Origin: Ascidiella aspersa
Taxonomy: Eukaryota
Length of the DNA stretch: 64,000 nucleotides
NCBI GenBank assembly: GCA_963924565.1
Contig: OZ004609.1
Coordinates: 11,098,001-11,162,000, forward strand
Direction of reading: 5' to 3'
Below, in pieces: positions 33,301-45,300 of the stretch (positions are counted from its first letter, which is position 1; every line of letters begins with the position of its first letter). A program made the translations under genes and the position numbers. Below the pieces are notes generated by a model, which saw nothing but the letters and a program-made list of their open reading frames with translations, had not been told where the DNA came from and did not search any database.

Positions 33301-36300
33301 CGGGGGTAGGCAAGCGGGGTCTTGCATGACCGCGCGCCATCCTGTTGTGATTGGTCGGCCTCGAAAAGGGTCCGATGTTAAACCAAACAAGCGAATCGAG
33401 CCCGAAAAGCCGTTGATTGCATGCTGGTATAAAAATAGGCCACCGGTGATTATTACCTGTATGGAAGGCCGAATTGCGCGTTTAACATGGCAAAGCATAG
33501 GGATGCTGCAAGGCGTCAGGTTACGCAAGCAAGCGGCCCATATCTGGCTTGTTTTAGGCACCGCTGTCTAAACAGGCCGGCCCTGGTCGACTGCAGGTGC
33601 GTAGGATTTGTCAAGAAGCCCGTCTCGGTTCCCACGAGAAAATGAACTTGAGGAATCCCGAGCTAAGGGGCGCCGTAGCGCGCACTTATTTCCAACGGAG
33701 GCGATTATTAAGGTATTTGCACGATTAGTGAGATCACAGAACTGGGGACAGGGTTGGGGTTTTCTTTTATCTTCGGAGTCTTGTTGATGCCGTCAAAAAT
33801 AAACAGTATATTGAGACGAAAGAGGTTGCTGTTTAGTATGAAAGGCTAAAACAATCATCTTTTGTAATCTTGTGAAACTTATCTTTTGTAATCTCGTAAA
33901 AAAATCACAAACGTTCGACGATTTACTTTCGGATTGGGTGCAGGCCGGTTCACGATGACCTCATACCGTCGAATATCCGCTTCGGCTTCGGTTAGACGCG
34001 GTGAGAGTGGCTTTCGCGTGTGCGCCGATCGCCGCTCGACCGGCGCAAATGGCGGCACGCGATTGGTCGAGACGCGATGACGTAGCCGCTTGCGCACGTC
34101 GGGCCGAAAAAGAAGTGCCTGGCTTCTCGCCCACGCACTCTGTTATTAGGTGTCGCCGGAATGCGAAACGGACAGCCCTCAACTTACCCGGCACCTGACT
34201 GAATCGAAGCGAAAAGCCAGCAGAAAAATATCACTGCACACATTCTCGCCCGATTTTTCGCCCATCGTCGTTCAAGCGATTTCGCCAGTGTGCGTGTGTT
34301 TTTTCGGCTTTTCCCCCCCGGTTTGGTACACGCTGAAATCGACGCCGCAAAAATGGCGGCGTAATTGCGGATCGACGCTTTTCGGTCATTACGTCATTGG
34401 AATGGCGCTCTGCTCTTCAGCCTTCTCACTCTTGCTCGAGAGAGAGATAGGAAAGAGCCAGAGCGGTCGGCTGACGGCTTTCGCGACCGCGCCGCTTGGA
34501 TTGAATGGGCCGGGCAACGCTTTATGCCTTTTGTACCGGTCGGTCCGTCGCAGGCCCCCCGATTGTTGCGGCAAGAAAATTCCGCGACGTAATTGCGAGA
34601 GTTTTTGAAAGCGAAGGATTACTGTAAGCAGCTAATGGAGGGCACCGGCCCGGTTCCCAAGCCGGCATAAAGCGCAATACGTTTACCCCGTGTGTCAATT
34701 GGACAATGCCATGCGCCGCAACGCCGGCTCTGTAGGCCGCATAAGTGAGCCTCGGGTAACGACGGGGTTTATTTTTTAACGACGTGAAATGATGACACAA
34801 TATTCGTTGTTGTAAAGCGAATTCCTGAAGATTATCTCAAAGAGACCAACACCCAACAACCTTCAGCTGGCCTAAGTTTCTTTACTGTTTACACTGGATT
34901 AAACGCGACGAGCTTGACATTTTAAGTGCCACATTTGCACCTAAGTTAAAGTATATGGAGAGGTAAAAAAGCAGACCAATCTTAGCAAGGATTAATTAAA
35001 ACATTCAAAGCCATATTTAAAAATGGGCATAACTTTTAGAGCTGGTTAATTGCAACGGCTTGACTTCGCAAGCAAACCGGAAAGTTGTCCAGATTTATTT
35101 AGCTTCTAAGTGAATACACGCCTGGCTTTGTGGGTGTATGAATGACGAAATAACGGCAAGAATGCAGATTAGAGCTCGCGAGACGAACTGCAGTTGGTGG
35201 CGCATAGCTCGACATTTTATGCCAAATTTTATCGCTTTTACGATTCCGGACCTCCGCACGTCGATTTTTTCGCCCAAAGAGCGTTGAGGAGAATTTTGCG
35301 CCGGCAAAAAAAGGGAAGACTGTGTTTGTTGATAACTAACACGGCAAAGAGTTTGCCGAACGGCCGGCGCCAATATTTGCCGAAGCCGGGCGAGAAACGA
35401 GCGCGCCGGCAAAAGATTAATTCATCTCCCTTTCTTCGCCGTTCCAGTGAAAGGCGGGTGCGTTCTGCTGTTTGCCTCAATATAACGCGAATTCCTGGAC
35501 CTTTAGAGGAGCAATAACTCGGGCCGCGTTTGAAGGTCTAGCCGCGGGTGGGAGGTTAGGTGGGCCGGGCGTGTATGCAGAGGGTGGGCGGGTGCCGGTG
35601 ACATTACCACCTGCCGTCGCTGCCAACTGTCAAATAGATTTCGCGCTCGCCAACACGAAGTTTTCCCGTTCAATCCACACTGATTCGCAGCAGCGCTCTT
35701 GTTTCGGCCAATTTCGGTCGCTCCCACATCCGATGCTGCCTCAATTTTTGGTCACGTGGAGGCGGTCGTGCGCGACAGAGCTACGTCACGCCGCTGTGCG
35801 TATGATTATGTGTAATAGAGGCGAACCTGGAGAGCAAAAACCCGTAACGACCCGGCAGGGGTAAAAAACGGCCCACGCAAAACCTACAGAGAAATGTTTT
35901 TTAGCGTGTAAGAAAAATGGGCGCTCCATCGATTTGGTACGTAGAATGTAAAAAAAAAACGATCTACAAATAATAAATGCAATATTACTTGATCAAACAC
36001 ACCCTAACCGAAATAATGTGCGTTGCGGTATGCTGTATTTGTAGACCGTCTTTTTTTTGAGTTACTTTTAGGTACCAAATAGAAAGACCCCGAAAAATGG
36101 CTGAGCTAAATAGCTAAGGCGTTTAACAAGGAAACAACAAAGGCGCTAGATCTAAGGGCAGAGCGGCGATCGGTATCAACGCCCGCGCATAGCCGCGCTC
36201 CGCATTTCTAATTCGATACTGTGAATTGCGCGACCTTAACCACGAGTGCACGAGGCAAAAACGCCGGGAATGTTAAAGACCTCGGTGGAGAGGAAAGATT

Positions 36301-39300
36301 GCGAATCGACGAGACGACCGCCCAAGGCTGCTGGTGTTGTGGGCGGCGGCGCGTTGTTCGGTAAGTCGACTGGATCTTTCTTTGCTTTTCTTGGTAAATC
36401 GAGCGGGCGATTTACCTTTGTCGAACCCTAATTGACAGCCTGCATAAGCTAGGTCCCCGGATCAGGGTCGAATCCGGGATTTGCGCCCAGGGTAAACACT
36501 TGGTCCAAGTTAATAAATTCCTCTCGCGCGCAAACTTTAACCGGGCGCCGCGCGGCATGTCGCGTTCAGTTTGCTGAAGATAACTCTTCGCCGACGTTTA
36601 ATGGCGTCCCCTGACCGCACCGACAGCCTAATTAGCATACAACGATCACGCTGGAAAAATGAAGGCTGTGAGCCATTTGTTTTGTGGTGCGCCCCTTCCC
36701 TCCTGTTTGTTGCCTTTTTTTATATAAGTAAAATGACTGTGGTAGTCGCTATGGTGTTTTAGTGCTGAGCGAACAGGGCTCCTTTGAAGCGTCGCGTCGC
36801 GTGACCGTACAACTGCCAAGACGGAAGGAAACGCGCCCTTGGGATTCGTCATATAATGCGGTAAAAAAGAAGGAAAACGCGGGAGCGACTCGCTCGGGTG
36901 TAAATTGTTTTAGGACGGTTGAGATCGCGGTGACCTGATGTGACCCGAACGCCACACGATCTCTGTTCAAACAAGGCGCGATATATTTCAGGCCAATGCA
37001 CCACAGGGCCCAGGGTAAGCGACCTATTTTCCCTTTTTCTGTGTAAGATGCAGCCTTTGATACCATGTGGGGAGCGCCTATTGATTGATCTGACCTATTT
37101 ACCGCATTTGCGCTCGAGCGCTCTGCTTCTTTCGTCGCGACGACGACGACATGTCTATTTTTTTCTTTGTGTGCACTTTTCAACTCTTCTGCGCGCTCGG
37201 GCCGTTAAGTTAAGTGTGGGCGTGGGTCAATACGCCGCTTAAAGCTGTTTATCGCAGCAAAAGTAAAAACGCGACATATAGGCAATAGCGAAGCAATTGT
37301 CGCCGGCCAAAGCCTTTCACCGGCCTCAATTAAATCGGATGTTGGCGCGCGACAAACGGGAAAGGTGTCCCGCGGCAAAGTCGGACTCGTTTCATCCCCT
37401 CGTCCGTCAAAAGAAAAGCGACGAAACTTGATCGTGTCGCTAAACCGTCTAAATGAGGCCTCGATCGCCAGAAGTCCAATCCCGTTTTTTAAAAGCGCGC
37501 GACGAACAAAAGGCCAAATCGGCGTAATTGTGAAAAGTGCTTGGCCGCGCTAATTGCGTGGCGCGTTTAAAGAAGACATTCGATACGACTTGGTTGGCGA
37601 GCGCTCCCCATCCAATCACCGTTCTTCAAACTCCGACAAAGCGTCAAAAGCCTTTGTCGGGACCTGGGGGGTTAGGCCTCAACAACACACTCGACGAGGG
37701 CGCGGAAAAAAATTCCGTCGGACTCCTCTGATGGCGCTCTGAGAGCTTAGCAAACACGCAGCACAGTTTGGGTAAAAGTAAAGGGGCACACACAACAGGT
37801 CTTATGTGCGACGCGTCGTGTGTAAACTTGCGCACGCCAAAAACGACCAACGTAGAACTCTCAGCAACCAGCCGACTTACCGAGTCCACGTGGATGACGT
37901 CTTGGAGCTTTTCCAGGAGCCGATGACGCGAGAGCGGAAGGCCGGAAGTGACGTGCAGGCCGGAAATCGCCGCTCCCACGCTGCCAGCAGCGATCATCGA
38001 CGGGGTGTAGACGGAGAACTTGTGATCTGCGAAGAAAAGGGCCCAATTACGCCAAAGAAAAGAAAACATATTCACTAAACCAGTGTTTGGCAACTTTTTT
38101 AGGCTTGCGGCACTCTACAGAAATTATAAATAGTTCGCGGCACCCTTTCTCGCATTTTTGCTGAGTGGTTAACTGTAACAATACAATAAACGAGATTAAT
38201 ACAGCACACTAACAAGGTTGAAAAAAAAATTTGGCACTTTATCGTACACAAAAAAGTTGCATCAAGAAGCTTACCAATAGTGCAAAAATTGGAATCCCTA
38301 AAGAATTTGAAATATCTCTCGGCACGCTGGAGCATCAAAAATGGCACCTAGAGTGCCGCAGCACCCCGGTTGAGAATCACTGCACTAAATGTTCAGGAGC
38401 GCAGCTTTGCAAGTCACATTCCTGCACAAGCCTTGCTCGATTTGAAAGCAGTACTTTTGCATATTACACATGATTGGGAAGCATAAAAACACTGAAGATT
38501 CCACATCGCCAAATTAACAAGGCTCAGAACCGCGCGACTAGAGAGAATACATTGAGAGTGCCTTTTATCACGAGACACCAAGACGACCTCAAAGCGGCTT
38601 TTAAGGGACCACGCCACTTCCTCTACGCCAGATTTTGACCTCTTTGCAATGCCGACATACCGCCAGCATAAAACTGGAAAATTAAATAGCAATATTTTTA
38701 GGAGTTTAGTATGGCGCTATAGACTAAGCTTTCACGATTTGAGAACCTTTTTTTCGAAATGTTAAATTGCGGTGTTGAGCGGTGATTCGTGACTAAAAGG
38801 CAATCGGTGTTTTTTGGACTCTGTCATACGAATCGAAAACGGTAAGCTTGTTAGTGGCGAACACTGTGCTATACGTAACAGGTTGTTAACATAATATGGC
38901 GTCAGATACTTGCTAGCGACCAGACGCCCATCGTATTTTACGAGTAAACTGTTATGGTGGGTTTAATGGCGACTGTGCGGCCAGTGTGCCAACCCCGATC
39001 CAGTTATTTGAACTGCATACGTTCAATAGAGGGTTGGCAAAGTTCGTAACCCCGGATAATAACAATCGAGACCTCCCAGAAAAAGGCGACAGAAACAGCA
39101 GCAGCAGCCCTTCCTGGGCGCACTTTTAGAGAAAATAAACACGCGCAGATATAGCGCGGAATGTGGTGCCACGGCGTCCGTGCGCCGACGTTGGCCTTCC
39201 GCTTTGCACCCGGCGCTCAAAGGGCCCGGGCTCCTATCGCAACCAGATCACCAGCCGAGTGTTTGGCATTCGCTGAAGCTATTCGCGTCATGCGACCCAG

Positions 39301-42300
39301 GCCCGGGCTAATGTGGAAAACCTTGGCCCAAAAAAAAGACACAACGACGACGACGACGATTATTAGCTGCCGGGCGCGCTAAAGGTGACGCAACTAAAAA
39401 GCACACGCCGCCGGCTAACTGAGCGCTAGCAGTCATCACAATGGCACTTTGACGGGCGGAGCCAAGTATGCGAACAATTTATTTGGCGCCTTTGCCGATG
39501 GAGAGCAGCGTATATTTTTGAGGCAGGTGCCACTTGCTCGCGATAACGACCTCGTAATATTCCAACGCATGTCGGTCAAAGATAAAAACCTGAAAAATAG
39601 TGGATACAATGGTGACTGGCATCAATAAAATGTCGACGGTGCTGGGATCAAAACGCAGCCAAATGCTGTTAACAGTAAACTTGGAGCATTTTATTCCTGG
39701 TATTTTTGCGGCGAACTCGAACAAAGTTCGACGTTTGCTGCTAATGTTCCCGCTACCCACTCAGGTACATAAGAATGTGCACACCATAGGCGCCCACGCA
39801 GTTTACCAGCAGAGATTTGGCTTGCACGGCGAGCGGAAAAGGCCGTTTCGTCGGTAATTTAGATAGGATTTGGCAAAACAAACATGAGCGGTACCGCACA
39901 GGGCGGAGCGTCGCAAAAATGGCAACAACAGACCCGGCCTTTACTCGGGCGTCCACTTTTCACACAAACAGAAAAGCGACGTGCGATGACAGGCGGAGGG
40001 GTTCGCTTTTCCTAGATGGACGCTGTCTTAAAAACGACAATCACCTCGAATCTTTCAAGCGACGACCGAACGCCGAATTTTTTACTGCAAACTGCTGAAA
40101 AGACGCGTGTATATTTATCGTGTAGCAAGCGTGGCGTTCATGGAAGTGCTCCGCGCGACCGCACAGCCGACCCGACACAGTGTTGAACTCTCGCGCGTCT
40201 ATAGAGAGTCTCTGCAATCTGGAGGGATTGCGTTGATCCGCGATAAAGGCGCACAAGGCGAAAGATCAAGTACGGATAGCGGATAGCACCGCCACCATAG
40301 ACAACAATCCGCCGCGGCTGACATTTTAGCGCCGCGCGATTTGACAAGCGTCCAGGTAAAGGGCGCCCGGGCGATCTTAAGCCCGGGCGATTTCGGGCAG
40401 CGTTACATAATGGGGAGCTTTGCGCGAGATGTTTGACAGCTAAAACGGCAGGGACGCGTCAAACCCACGCACAGCTCGCTGGAGGACAACAAAAGACGTG
40501 CACACGCCCACCTTTGCATGGAACGCGCGCATGGGCGCGTTGAGCAAGAGGGCAATCTGAGCGTTGAGCAAGAGGGCAATTTGCGCTGCTCCAATACTCT
40601 ATAAAGGCACCAAATGACGTGCCACCTTTGGATGGGACGCGCGCATTGGTGATCCTGATACAGCAAGAGGACAGCAATTTGCGATGCTCCAAACTCTATA
40701 AAGAAAAAATGATGTGCCACCTTTGAATGGAACGCGCGCAAAGGCGACCCTGATACAGGCGTTGAGCAAGGGGGCAATTTGCGCTGCTCCAGACTCTTTA
40801 AAGGCACCAAATGACGCCACCTTTGGACAGGACGCGCGCATTGGCGATCGTGATACAGCAAGAGGACAGCGATTTGCGCTTCTCCAGACGCGACAATAAA
40901 GAGTGATCTACCGTTTGGGAAGTAGCGGTCGGGCTCTTCCAGTCTACCGATCACCACCGGTCGACGAAAGTAATCGAAACGGTTTCGGATTACGTCGCTG
41001 TCGCTATGCTTCTTCCGCTTCGGTCGCCGCGAAGCCGTGGACAAATTGACAGGCGACGGATGCGTCGACGGAGCGTGATGCGACGCGTCCGTTTCGTCAC
41101 GGGACGCCGGCGGAGCGCGACAAACATCGGCGAGGTTGACAGAACGCCAAAAGGCCCTAATCGGTGCAAGCTATGTGGCGCGTATAGGAAGCGAGTCGCT
41201 GTGTTTCAGCCAGTTTACATGGACGGCTCGGCGTGGGGTTTATTTTATTTCATAATCTTAAAAACACAGAGAGCATTTAGAAAGGCAAATAAAATCAGTA
41301 GACAGTTAGGTTTAAGCAAAACTTTAGACCTAGCCATATAGAGCCTTTGCCTTGTCGATTTAAGCTACTACGACTCAAATTTAGGCCAGATAGAGGGGAC
41401 CAATAAATAAGAGACCACACTATGGAAGTTTAAATCACTTGTGTCTTTGCATGAGTAAACTACAACGAGCTTCATCGAGCTCTTAAACGCGGCATTATAA
41501 TCTAAACATCAGTCGAGAGAGGAAAATACGATCCCTGGGCAAAATCTAACACGGAGTTTGTTTGTGTTAGACTGCGTGTGAAGAACAACCAACTGAAACT
41601 GCAGACCGAAACCTTAATGCACGGGAGAGACGCCGCCTATGATTTTTTGATGATGGGCGATGGAAATTCCGAAAGCACGGCTTCTGGCAGGGCGCTGCAC
41701 AGAAAAAGAAAGAGAGGCCTTCCACAGCACAGCAGAACACTGCAGCGCGCTGCACATGGGCGTGTGCGTCATGGAAATCCAGGAAAGCACGAGCCACTTT
41801 GATGGGGATCGAATTTCAGCGCGCCACGGAATTGTTCCAGTCTCAACATATGCGATGTTGAGCGCCTATAATATGATTAGATCCAGAGTCGGTGAAAAGC
41901 GCAAGACAGGATGTTCCACCATCGCGACTTCCTACCTCACTTCACACAATTTCAACCGAAACGTAAATAGGACTTTTTGCACAAGAACTGTCACAGGGGT
42001 GTGGAAGCCGACGCGCGCAGTGGGTGGGAAGCACAGTCGCACGCAATGCACGCTAATGTCAATTCATTTCGGATATTTTCGAAGGAAGACACGTCCAATT
42101 CAACTTATATGAACACAACTCGAACGATTAGCATTGGCAGTGGAATCATCAGTGACGCATGTCGATCTAGTGTCTGATCAACGCGCATCCGTTCTTCGCA
42201 CTATATATACATGCCCAAGCTGCAGACATAACAAACCTCTCACTGCAGCTTTTTTAAACTAAACACCGCAGGCTTGCAGCCTTCAACGCCTGCTTTTATA

Positions 42301-45300
42301 TGTGCAAAAATAAATAAACCAACGAGACTGTCCACCTTTTATTTATTGAATAAAATTTAGAAGTATAGGAGTCTCACTAAACGCGAATTCTCCTTTCTCT
42401 CGTTAATTCCAACCCGTTTTAACCCACTTGGGCCCAGTTTAATTTGTTCTAGGGATTACGTAAAGTAGAACTTTTCAAGACTGTCCACAACCAAGAGTTT
42501 CAAAAAAATACCCCTCACATTTATTAATTAAAACTATCCGTCAAATGCAATAGTTCAGTCGAATAACAAAGAAAAAAAACTCAAACATAAACGTTCGAAT
42601 AAAACTATTTTGTTCTACATTAAAATAAGCTCTTCAATGCATTAGAAACCTCCAAAAATCTCGTAACGAACGCATTTGGTTTGCGTTGCGCCTGGTTTGG
42701 GACCAATGACCTATCGAAACCGTTTTGTGATAGAGATCTGTGCAAGTAGCTGATCGCGGACTTTCATGCTGCTTGAGGAAACGATACTTACAGGTTTTGT
42801 GTTTTGACGAAAAAAATCGAACAAATGCCGGAAAAAATAGGGCAGAAAATTTGAAGCGATTACGCTGGGGACCTGATTCCTTCGGGCAAGTCAAAGTCTC
42901 GCCAGATGGGATTCCAGCGGCGCGGCGGCAAAAATATATTGGTAAGTCTTGTATTGTTATGTCGTGTTGGCAAACCGATCCCTTCGTGCATGCGGGCGCG
43001 GTTGCGAATTTACCGCGAAAAAAGGATATCCCGTAATACGAGACATCTATGCCAGGCCGCACGCACGCCCGCACGGCAGAGGGACCGTACGCGGCGCGGC
43101 AGAAAAGCGCCACAAACTGAAACAACGACGACGCAACAAGAACTTGCTGCCGTCCCAGATTTGGGCCCCTCGAGCGACTGTCTTTGCCCTGACCCACTTT
43201 GAAACGCGCTGTAACATGCATGAACAAGTGGCGCGCGAAACAGCGTCGAATTAAACAAAAACGACAGGGGCTAATAGGCATCACTAGAAACGGAAATTCG
43301 GGCAGCTTCGCTCGACAGAGTATCTCATTTTTAAATTGGTGTCGTTTCAATGTTTGGAGCACGACGTGTAGCTTAAAAATAAAAGTTGCCAGTTTCTGCT
43401 TACATCGTATTTTGCACATTACAATTGTGTCCGCAAAATATGAAAATAGTCCCAAATAAATTTCCGAAACGGATTGGCTGACAAAATTAATTACCTTTAC
43501 AATTTACTTGGTCTTTCGTTTTAAATAAAAGCAAATATCTCTACAGCATGGGTGAAGGTTTAGGCATTATTAAGAACGCATGGATTTAGCTTCTATTTTA
43601 CAAAAGCGTGTTTTTTAGGTCAATTTTTTAGTGAGAGAACACAAGTGGGAGACTACAAGTGCAACGCAAAAGCGTTTTTCCAGTACTCTGCCATTACTTA
43701 CAAAACTAGGCAAGTTACTGCACAAATGTCGGTATCCGTACCAACACGCAACCAATTTACACAGTTAAGATAGCCAAAGCAGGCAAAATTATATTTTTAA
43801 CTCACCGGTGCAGCAGAGGTGGATGAAGGTGTTGGCGTGTTTCCTTGCGATCATGGCGATCTCCGGACTGCTGATGTTGACGTGGTGCAGGATGTGCTCG
43901 ACAAAGTCGACTGCGGTTACGGCGAGAAGGTCCCACTTCAACTTCATCAGCAGTAGAAGCTCAAAGTCCTGCGGGCGACCACAAGAAGAGGCAGTTGTCA
44001 GGAGGAGGACAACTTTGTTTTCTGCGCCGCGTCGTTTTTAACTGGTTCGCGGAACGGCCGTAAAAAAGTAAGCGCGGCGAAAACACGACGTTCGGTGTTA
44101 TTAAACAAGTGTGACGCGCGGACTGTAGGGTGCAGTGCTGCTAGAAAAGCGAAAGGGTGCGCGTTTTTATCGGGGGAAACCAAAGTGCAGGCGCTTCTGC
44201 GGGCGCATTGGTTAAGTTCCGCGGATTCCAGTCATTCTCACGCACAGCAGGGGGCGGGGGCACGTTTTCTCGGCTTACCCGGCGAACCATTGTCCTGCGC
44301 CCGCCATTGCAACACTCTCAAGGTAAGGTTTCGCTTTGCAAACTTGAGGCTGGATTTAGGGGTACTCTGGGGGGCGGCGGCGAATGCCCCTATCGATCAT
44401 CGTCGCCACTGGCACGATTTGTACCCAATCGGGCAACGCATGGAAGAGCTGGGCGAGCATATATGTGACACGGCGAATCGGCGGCAGGGTTTATTTTTAG
44501 CGGGATTGATGGGGCAGGGGGCTTCACAGCGAAATCATTAACGCAACACGCACTCTAATCGTTGTCGGTATTACCGAATTACCATAATAGCCCGACTCCG
44601 GTTTCTCTATCGCGCGCCCATGAACACTGAACAGAGGCGTCTGCTCGTGTTGTTCGCGCCGCGTCGGGTTTTCGACGAGAGTTGGTGCTCGACCATTATC
44701 GATCAGCGTTGCAAGATCAAAGGGCGGACGGACGAGCATCGCTGATTGTTGTCGACAATGCGACGCCGCGGCATCGCGTCGCAAAAAAAATGGCCGGCCA
44801 CCACAAGGACGAAACAGGGCCAGCGAAAAAACTCGAGCCAGAAATGGGGCCAGTTTAAAAAACTGGGCTAGTGAGTGAGATCGAATCGAATAAGCCTCTT
44901 TGAAACGCTTTGTTTGAAGCGCCAGACTATTGATAAACAAGCGCCTTGTCTGGGAGAAGACAAAATCGGGTGCGCTTCATTCTCAGTCGTGCAAAGTAAA
45001 ACGTGAACGCAAGTTTTCTTTGAAGCAATCTGTCAAGGCGATACAAGCAACAGAAACTTACGAAATCCGGCATTTTAACTGTTCGTAACTAACAACGTAC
45101 AGCTAAAAAAACGTGTCCGCTCCAAACTTGTCGTGTTGTCGTGTTTCTCCCCCCGGGGGTTGGCGTGATGTCACTAAAGTCGGAGGCAGATGGCAGCCAG
45201 GAAATTGCAAAAGAACGACTGCGGCATATTGTCGAAGGGCGTGCAAGAAAGAAAAACTTTACAGCGCAACGCTCTTGCAGCGGGCGGCGGCATCTGCCAG

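Noticed and set aside
36393-36416. 9 bp perfect hairpin GGTAAATCG/CGATTTACC as a miRNA or structured RNA
   Set aside because: Too short for a pre-miRNA and plausible by chance
40403-41044. 213-aa repetitive ORF / CRISPR-like appearance
   Set aside because: It is the translation of a tandem repeat; there are no unique spacers or cas genes, and the context is eukaryotic
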